Positions 57,695-64,000 of a DNA stretch of 64,000 nt are shown here, piece after piece. Numbering within the stretch: the first letter of the stretch is position 1; the number at the start of each line of letters is the position of its first letter. A program made the position numbers and the translations under genes. The DNA lies in the NCBI GenBank assembly GCA_913775265.1, contig CAJYJH010000078.1, positions 26,342-90,341 of the forward strand, written 5' to 3'. The DNA comes from an uncultured Mucilaginibacter sp. GTDB taxonomy: Bacteria > Bacteroidota > Bacteroidia > Sphingobacteriales > Sphingobacteriaceae. The notes beneath the pieces were generated by a model that was given only the letters and a program-made list of their open reading frames with translations, was not told the DNA's origin and did not search any database.

Positions 57695-59209
57695 CTACTT
57701 TTTCTTGAAATCGTAAGGCGTGTACTCCACAAAATCAGACACCTTCACCCGTACCGCGGTCACCTTATTGTTTTGAACCGTAAATGGAAAAACAGCACGG
57801 CCAAATATCGGATCGGAAAAAGTAGCAAAGAAACGATTGCCACCCAGCGGCTGCAAGCGGGCAAACATTTTGGGGTGGTGCTCAAAGCGCATATCCAGGT
57901 CGTTTGCATCGCCTTTGGTAATGGTGATGTTGCCGTATAGCTCGTTATTGTATTTACCGGTATAATCGTCCAGGTTAAGGGCCGGGCGCAGGTTTAGCAG
58001 TGTGCTGTCGCGCCAGGCTTTTTCTTGCTGTAAAACGCGTTGCTGGCTGTTACGTACCACGTTTAAGGCCGTATTGCTATGGTTAACAAACGGGCGTTTA
58101 AGGTAGGCATCGATGATATCCAGGTTAACGGTTTCAATCAGGTTATTCTGGTCGGTATTAGTTAAAATCACGATGCCCAGGTTTTGATCGGGTACCAATG
58201 TTACCGAAGATACAAAGCCGTTCACACCTCCGGTATGCATTACCATGCGGTGGCCCTCGTAGCCTTTTAAAAACCAACCCAGGCCATAAGCAGTAAAACC
58301 ACCCTCTTCGTCGCTGCCAACCAAATCCTGAGGCTGGCGGGTAGCACGTATCGCAGCAGGCGGAATAATTTCTTTAGGGCCAACTTTGCCATTGTTGAGC
58401 AGAGTCATCACCCACTTGCCCATATCAGTAGCCGATGAGCTGATACTGCCGGCCGGAGCCAGGTTATCAATCTGAGGGTAGGGTATAGCGGTTAAACGAC
58501 CATCAACCAAAGAATGCGCGGCCGATTTGTTAAACGAGGTAGCCAAACTGGCCGATAACGGTACCGTGCTGCTCATCCCCAACGGAGATAATATCGTTTC
58601 TTTAATATACTCTTCCCACGGTTTGCCTGATACTTTGCCGATCACTTCGCCTGCGGCTAAAAAAGCAGCATTGGTATAACCCCAACGGCTCCGGAAAGGA
58701 TATAAGGCTTTGATGCGGCTCATGCGCTCAATCACATCTTTGCGGGTAAGGTCGCTGGTCCAGTAGGTAAAATCGCCCTGAAAGGTGCCGAAGCCAATAC
58801 GGTGGCACAGCAAATCGCGCAGGGTAGCCATGTCGGTAGCGCCTTTATTGTCCAGTTTAAAATCGGGCAGGTATTTGGTTACCTTATCATCTAACGATAG
58901 CTTGTTTTGCGATTGCAGCATGGCCATGGCAATAGCGGTAAAAGCCTTGGTGTTGCTGCCAATCATAAACAGGGTATTTTCGTCTACCTTGGTAGCCAAG
59001 CCCAACTCTTTAATGCCGTAGCCTTTGCGCAAAATGATGCGGCCATCTTTTACAATACAAACGGCTGCGCCAGGTACACGCCAGTTAGTAAGGGCCTTGT
59101 TAAGGTAATTATCCAGGCTATCGGTAATAAACCGGCTGCGGTTGACATTTTGTGCCGAAGTGAATTGATGCAGCAGGCAGCAGATGAGAAAGAGGTATAA
59201 TTTTTTCAT
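57695..59209 (-). CDS. Serine hydrolase (beta-lactamase/PBP fold) with C-terminal DUF3471
   Basis: SxxK (SNTK), YxN (YTN), HTGG; C-terminal YTGKY.NELYG. Confidence 0.88.
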   Translation of the reverse strand: MKKLYLFLICCLLHQFTSAQNVNRSRFITDSLDNYLNKALTNWRVPGAAVCIVKDGRIILRKGYGIKELGLATKVDENTLFMIGSNTKAFTAIAMAMLQSQNKLSLDDKVTKYLPDFKLDNKGATDMATLRDLLCHRIGFGTFQGDFTYWTSDLTRKDVIERMSRIKALYPFRSRWGYTNAAFLAAGEVIGKVSGKPWEEYIKETILSPLGMSSTVPLSASLATSFNKSAAHSLVDGRLTAIPYPQIDNLAPAGSISSSATDMGKWVMTLLNNGKVGPKEIIPPAAIRATRQPQDLVGSDEEGGFTAYGLGWFLKGYEGHRMVMHTGGVNGFVSSVTLVPDQNLGIVILTNTDQNNLIETVNLDIIDAYLKRPFVNHSNTALNVVRNSQQRVLQQEKAWRDSTLLNLRPALNLDDYTGKYNNELYGNITITKGDANDLDMRFEHHPKMFARLQPLGGNRFFATFSDPIFGRAVFPFTVQNNKVTAVRVKVSDFVEYTPYDFKKK

Positions 59210-59311
59210 AAAAAGGCATTAACCGCTAATCGTATTAAAGTATTATTTTAACGCAATTTTTCAGGCCGCATTACACCTGCAAGCCTGTGTAATTTTAACT
59301 ATTTTATTGAT

Positions 59312-61492
59312 ATGAACATGAAATTTTGCCAACGGGTTTTGGCTGTTTTGTTTTCGGTAGGTACTGTGCTGATACAAAGCCCCGTAAAGGCGCAAGGCTT
59401 GCAGTGGGCTGCCGATGGTTACCACTATTACCGGGCAGTAAACGGCGAAATTGCCGAGCTCGACATTCGCGATGCAGCCAAAAAAAATGTATTGGTAGAT
59501 CGTGCCGCGCTGACCCCTACGGGCAAACCGGCTATTGCGGTAAGGCGTTTCTTTTTTTCGGACGACAGGCAAAAGGTGCTGATTAATACCAATACCCGCC
59601 GCGTTTGGCGCCAAGATACCCGGGGTGATTACTGGGTGTACGACATCAAAACCAAGGCGCTTACCCAATTAGGCAAAGGCAAGCCCGAAGCATCGCTCAT
59701 GTTTGCCAAAATATCGCCCGATGGTACCAAGGCCGCTTATGTAAGCGAGCACAATATTTTTGTAGAGGACCTGGCCACCGGCGCTATCAAACCTTTAACT
59801 ACCGATGGTACTGCCCGAATGATTAACGGGACTTTTGACTGGGCTTACGAAGAAGAATTTGATTGCCGCGACGGTTTCCGCTGGTCGCCGGATAGCCGCA
59901 ATGTGGCTTACTGGCAGATTGATGCTAACAAGATCAGAAACTACCTGATGTTGAACACCACCGATTCGACTTACTCGTTTACGGTGCCGGTGGAGTACCC
60001 TGTATCTGGTACCGACCCAAGCTCGTGCAAAATTAAAGTGGTGAACGTAAATGATGGTAAAACCATCAATGTAAATGTACCGGGCGACGCCATACAGCAT
60101 TACATTCCACGCATGGAGTGGGCCGGTAACGGTAACGAACTGGTGCTGCAGCAACTCAACCGCGCACAAAACGAAAGCAAAATTTACATCTGCAATATAT
60201 CGAGCAATGCCTCGAGGGTGATTTACCAGGAAACTGATAAGGCCTGGATTGATGCCAAGAACGACCCGATAGGGTGGGATTGGATTGAAAAAGGTAAAAA
60301 GTTTGTATGGCTGAGCGAAAAAGACGGCTGGCGTCATGCTTACAGCATTGACCGCTTTGGCCAAACCAAGCTGTTAACCAAAGGCAATTATGATGTGGTA
60401 GACATTAGCCTGATTGACGAAACCAACGGCTTTATCTACTTTATCGCCTCGCCCGAAAACGCTACCCAGCGTTACCTGTACCGGGTAAAACTGAGCGGCG
60501 GACCGTTGCAGCGTGTATCGCCGGCTAACCAACCGGGTACTCACCGTTATGATATTGCACCTAACGGTTTAGTGGCTATCCACTCGTTTAACAACAGCTA
60601 TACCGCACCAGCAACCGAAACCATCAGTTTACCGGCGCACCAGCCGCTTAACGGCCAGCCAACAGCTATTAAAGTTGACCCATCGGCCGTGAAGAATAAA
60701 CCGGAGTTTTTTACCGTGAAAACGGTTGATGGCGTAAGCATGGATGGCTGGATGATGAAGCCTGCCAACTTTGATCCGTCTAAAAAATACCCGATTGTAT
60801 TTTATGTATACGGCGAACCGGCTTCGCAAACGGCTGCTGATACTTACGGCGCAGGTTATAACCGCGAGTATGCCGGTAGCATGATAAACGATGGTTATAT
60901 TTATGTATCGATGGATAACCGCGGATCGCCGGTGCCTAAGGGCCGCGAGTGGCGCAAGTCTATTTACCGTAACATTGGTATCCTGAACGTGCGCGACCAG
61001 GCTATGGCCGCCAAAGAGCTGTTTAAACGCAATGCTTTTATTGATACCTCGCGCGTGGCGGTTTGGGGTTGGAGCGGTGGCGGATCATCTACCCTGAATT
61101 TGATGTTCCAGTACCCTGAGATTTACAAAACCGGTATTGCGGTAGCAGCGGTAGGGAACCAATTAACGTACGATAACATTTACCAGGAACGCTACATGGG
61201 CGTACCGATTGACGACGAAAGCCGCTCGTACTTTATTAAGGGCTCGCCTATTACACATGCCAAAAACCTGCGTGGTAACTTGCTTTACGTGCATGGTACC
61301 GGCGATGATAACGTGCATTACAACAACGCCGAGCAGCTGATAAACCAGTTGGTTAAGTACAACAAGATGTTCCAGCTAATGTCGTACCCTAACCGTTCGC
61401 ACGGTATTTATGAAGGCGAAGGCACCAGCCAGCACTTGCAGGCCACCTACACCAAGTTTTTGCGCGAACACTGCCCCCCAGGCGCCAGATAA
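59312..61492 (+). CDS. S9 dipeptidyl-peptidase IV family protein
   Basis: DPP IV propeller (NG.FDW.YEEEF); catalytic GWSGGG, DDNVH, RSHGI. Confidence 0.94.
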   Translation: MNMKFCQRVLAVLFSVGTVLIQSPVKAQGLQWAADGYHYYRAVNGEIAELDIRDAAKKNVLVDRAALTPTGKPAIAVRRFFFSDDRQKVLINTNTRRVWRQDTRGDYWVYDIKTKALTQLGKGKPEASLMFAKISPDGTKAAYVSEHNIFVEDLATGAIKPLTTDGTARMINGTFDWAYEEEFDCRDGFRWSPDSRNVAYWQIDANKIRNYLMLNTTDSTYSFTVPVEYPVSGTDPSSCKIKVVNVNDGKTINVNVPGDAIQHYIPRMEWAGNGNELVLQQLNRAQNESKIYICNISSNASRVIYQETDKAWIDAKNDPIGWDWIEKGKKFVWLSEKDGWRHAYSIDRFGQTKLLTKGNYDVVDISLIDETNGFIYFIASPENATQRYLYRVKLSGGPLQRVSPANQPGTHRYDIAPNGLVAIHSFNNSYTAPATETISLPAHQPLNGQPTAIKVDPSAVKNKPEFFTVKTVDGVSMDGWMMKPANFDPSKKYPIVFYVYGEPASQTAADTYGAGYNREYAGSMINDGYIYVSMDNRGSPVPKGREWRKSIYRNIGILNVRDQAMAAKELFKRNAFIDTSRVAVWGWSGGGSSTLNLMFQYPEIYKTGIAVAAVGNQLTYDNIYQERYMGVPIDDESRSYFIKGSPITHAKNLRGNLLYVHGTGDDNVHYNNAEQLINQLVKYNKMFQLMSYPNRSHGIYEGEGTSQHLQATYTKFLREHCPPGAR

Positions 61493-61506
61493 GCGTAAGC
61501 AAGAAT

Positions 61507-61543
61507 AAACACAAAAGCCTCCTTTAAGGAGGTTTTTGTGTTT
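61507..61543 (+). terminator. Terminator after the DPP IV gene
   Basis: AAACACAAAAGCCTCC / GGAGGTTTTTGTGTTT. Confidence 0.8.
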
Positions 61544-61618
61544 ATAGTTATTTACTTAATAAGTTATTAGGTTGTTGAGTTTCAAATCAAATTATCCTCT
61601 CCAATTAATAAATCAAAA

Positions 61619-61688
61619 AATCTGTGAAATCCTCCTCTAATCAGAGAAATCACAAAAAACTGAAATCAATCATCAAATCAGTGAAATC
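61619..61688 (+). repeat. AATCWGWGAAATC direct-repeat cluster
   Basis: AATCTGTGAAATC (61619), AATCAGAGAAATC (61639), AACTGAAATC (61658, partial), AATCAGTGAAATC (61676). Confidence 0.7.
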
Positions 61689-61793
61689 GCAAAATCTATT
61701 TGAGCCACACACGCAAGTAAATTGAGCTGCAGAGGTAACGGACAAATTACGAATCGGCTGATCTTTGTGTTGTTAATACATGAAAGATCAACT

Positions 61794-62765
61794 ATGAAAA
61801 CTATCGAAAAAATTAACTTAGGGCAAAACGGTCCGCTGGTGAGTAAACTGGGGTTGGGCTGTATGCGCATGTCGTCTATCTGGGGTGGGCCAACGCCTGA
61901 TGAAACCGAGAGCATTGCTACCATCCACGAGGCGCTGGATCATGGCATTAACTTTTTAAACACCGGCGACTTTTACGGGGCCGGGCATAACGAAATGCTG
62001 ATTGGCAAAGCCATTAAAGACCGCCGCGACGACGCCTTTATCAGCGTAAAATTTGGTGCTATCTTTCATAATGGGCATTGGCTGGGGATGGATCTGCGCC
62101 CGCTATCCATCAAAAATTTCATCAACTACTCGCTTACCCGTTTAGGGATTGATACTATTGATTTGTACCAGCCCAGCCGCATGGATGGCAGCGTACCTGT
62201 AGAAGATATTATTGGCACCGTGGCCGACCTGATTAAAGAAGGCAAAGTGCGTTACTTAGGGGTATCAGAAATTACGCCCGACCAGTTGCGCCAGGCCCAC
62301 GCCATACACCCGGTTACCGCGCTGGAAATTGGCTACTCGCTGGCCGACCGCCAGATTGAAGCTGATTTGCTGCCTACGGCCAAAGAGCTGGGTATTGGTG
62401 TAATTGCGTTTGCCAATACGGCCGAAGGTTTGCTGAGCGGCGACATGAAAGCCCCGCTGCTCGAAAATGCTTATCAAAGCCACTTTTCGCGCTTTCAGGG
62501 TGATAATTTGGTGAAAAACCTGGAAAAGGTAGAGGTGTTGAAGCAACTGGCCAGTAACAAGGGTTATACGCCTACGCAAGTGGCTATTGCCTGGGTAAAT
62601 GCGCAGGGCGAGCATGTGATGCCGCTGGTGAGCATGAGCCGCCGCAGCCGCCTGCCCGAAAACATTGATGCTATGCACCTTACCTTTACGCCCGAAGAAC
62701 TAAATACTTTAAATACTACTTTTGCACCGGGTGCCATTTTGGGCGGCACGTATTTACAACGCTAA
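61794..62765 (+). CDS. Aldo/keto reductase (AKR13-like)
   Basis: LG.NGP.VSKLGLGCM.M, YG..NE.LIG, SVKFG, SL.RLGID.IDLY, Y.GVSE, TPTQVAIAW; start re-set to MKTIEK at 61794. Confidence 0.88.
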   Translation: MKTIEKINLGQNGPLVSKLGLGCMRMSSIWGGPTPDETESIATIHEALDHGINFLNTGDFYGAGHNEMLIGKAIKDRRDDAFISVKFGAIFHNGHWLGMDLRPLSIKNFINYSLTRLGIDTIDLYQPSRMDGSVPVEDIIGTVADLIKEGKVRYLGVSEITPDQLRQAHAIHPVTALEIGYSLADRQIEADLLPTAKELGIGVIAFANTAEGLLSGDMKAPLLENAYQSHFSRFQGDNLVKNLEKVEVLKQLASNKGYTPTQVAIAWVNAQGEHVMPLVSMSRRSRLPENIDAMHLTFTPEELNTLNTTFAPGAILGGTYLQR

Positions 62766-62767
62766 AA

Positions 62768-63577
62768 ATGACCAGTCCAGCAGAGATATTACCGGGGGTG
62801 ATATTTTATTCGTACCTCTCGGCCGAGCGGAAAGAGAAGGTTTGCTTTTGGAACCACCATACACTGGTATTTCAGGTGTCGGGGCAGTTTGTGATGGAAA
62901 CCGTGGGGCAAACCATTACCATGACCGGCGGCGATGTGCTGCTGATTGGCAAAAACCAGGCAGGGACGCTTATTAAAACTCCCCTGCCCGGTGCTAATTA
63001 CGAAACCATTGTAATATCGCTGCAGGAAGACCTGATGCGTAATATAGCGCTCGAAGAAAAAATTGAGGCGGACCGCAAGTATATCGGTCCGCCTAATTTG
63101 TTGATACCGGTGAACGAGTTTTTGCGGGGATACTTTCAGTCTATTGTGCCTTATGCCCGCAGTTCGGGCGCGGCCATGACCGACGAAATGGGCATCCTGA
63201 AAGTGAAAGAAGGGGTAAAGCTGTTACTGCTGGCCATGCCGGCCCTGCGCAACTTTTTGTTCGACTTTTCGGAACCGTATAAAATTGACCTCGAAAAGTT
63301 TATGCTGCGCAATTTTCATTTTAACCTGCCGGTCGAAAAGTTTGCGCAGCTCACCGGGCGTAGCCTGGCCGGCTTTAAGCGCGACTTTCAGAAAACGTTT
63401 GCCATGGCACCCCGCCAATGGCTGCAGGATAAACGCCTCACCGAAGCCCGACGCCTCATCGAACACCAGCACCGCAAACCCTCCGCTATTTACCTCGACC
63501 TTGGCTTCGAAAGCCTCTCGCATTTTTCGTTTGCTTTTAAAAAGAAGTTTGGAAAAGCGCCGACGGAGTGGGGGTGA
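62768..63577 (+). CDS. AraC family transcriptional regulator
   Basis: FM..NFHFNL.VE.FA.LTGRSLAGFKRDF, LGFESLSHFS.AFKK.FG. Confidence 0.93.
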   Translation: MTSPAEILPGVIFYSYLSAERKEKVCFWNHHTLVFQVSGQFVMETVGQTITMTGGDVLLIGKNQAGTLIKTPLPGANYETIVISLQEDLMRNIALEEKIEADRKYIGPPNLLIPVNEFLRGYFQSIVPYARSSGAAMTDEMGILKVKEGVKLLLLAMPALRNFLFDFSEPYKIDLEKFMLRNFHFNLPVEKFAQLTGRSLAGFKRDFQKTFAMAPRQWLQDKRLTEARRLIEHQHRKPSAIYLDLGFESLSHFSFAFKKKFGKAPTEWG

Positions 63578-63645
63578 ATAAGGCAAGTCTAAATATTAAA
63601 TAATCTTTTGAAAAATTGTGTAATTGAATTAAATGTAACCTTTAT

Positions 63646-64000
63646 TCAGCCAGGATTATTTGGTTCCTCATCATTAAATCTGTTTTTAATTAGGTTTGGC
63701 ACTTTAGCCGATTCTTTGATCAATAGTTGTATGTATGCTGATATGCGGTGATGCTCTGCCCTGTACACATCTGCATAGCGTTCTATTGGGTTTGGACGTT
63801 TGTTTGCTAGTGCTATGCGTTCGGTAAGATCGAAAGTTTCCTGGAGAACTGATCTTGTATCAAATTCCATATCCGGAAGATTATGCCCTGCGACACTAAT
63901 GAAAAAATCAATTACATATGTGATACGAATAAGTGGATGAGGGTGACTTTTTTCATCGTAATAAACAGGAGTGTTGCCGCCTTCGAGGTAAACAAAAAAA
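63646..64000 (-). CDS. 3' part of a hypothetical protein entering from beyond the window
   Basis: The frame of the 63646-63870 ORF stays open to the window edge (FFVYLEGGNTPVYYDEKSHPHPLIRITYVIDFF...). Confidence 0.6.
   Translation of the reverse strand, partial: FFVYLEGGNTPVYYDEKSHPHPLIRITYVIDFFISVAGHNLPDMEFDTRSVLQETFDLTERIALANKRPNPIERYADVYRAEHHRISAYIQLLIKESAKVPNLIKNRFNDEEPNNPG

Noticed and set aside
59795-60364. 189-aa minus-strand ORF inside the DPP IV gene
   Set aside because: Antisense shadow ORF expected from codon bias; the same applies to the many 60-130-aa nested ORFs in the track.

Overview
A 64-kb chromosomal window from a Bacteroidota genome, most likely Sphingobacteriaceae (Mucilaginibacter/Pedobacter-like). 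The basis for this is SusC/SusD genes, TAnnTTTG -7 promoter elements, a short Bacteroidetes-type CarB and the panD-panC/GT5-DUF4270-glmS gene block. Positions 1-31 kb are mostly housekeeping: the 3' end of a small basic ribosomal protein (bS22-like, absent from the ORF track), rng, radA, carB, panD, panC, glmS, an OxyR-like regulator, a PafA-type phosphatase, a LytS/LytTR pair, a SusC/SusD pair, an LD-carboxypeptidase, metG and tRNA-Arg(CCT). Between the tRNA and gltX (31-49 kb) lies an accessory-looking block: a frameshifted YihY gene, a GH2 beta-galactosidase, an SDR/AraC pair, an M28 peptidase, an Omp85-like barrel, a CE15 esterase and a TetR-controlled RND pump with readable operators. After gltX come a PaoABC-like Tat-exported molybdoenzyme, a PHP phosphatase, an HGSNAT-like protein, a serine hydrolase, a DPP IV peptidase and an AKR/AraC pair. 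I saw no CRISPR array, integrase, transposase or rRNA. The best unexplained signal is a ~195-nt self-complementary, internally repetitive non-coding element (8613-8806) upstream of carB. It sits next to a terminator-like hairpin placed immediately after the carB promoter, and this CarB lacks its allosteric domain. All calls come from reading motifs by eye; no database searches or folding programs were run.
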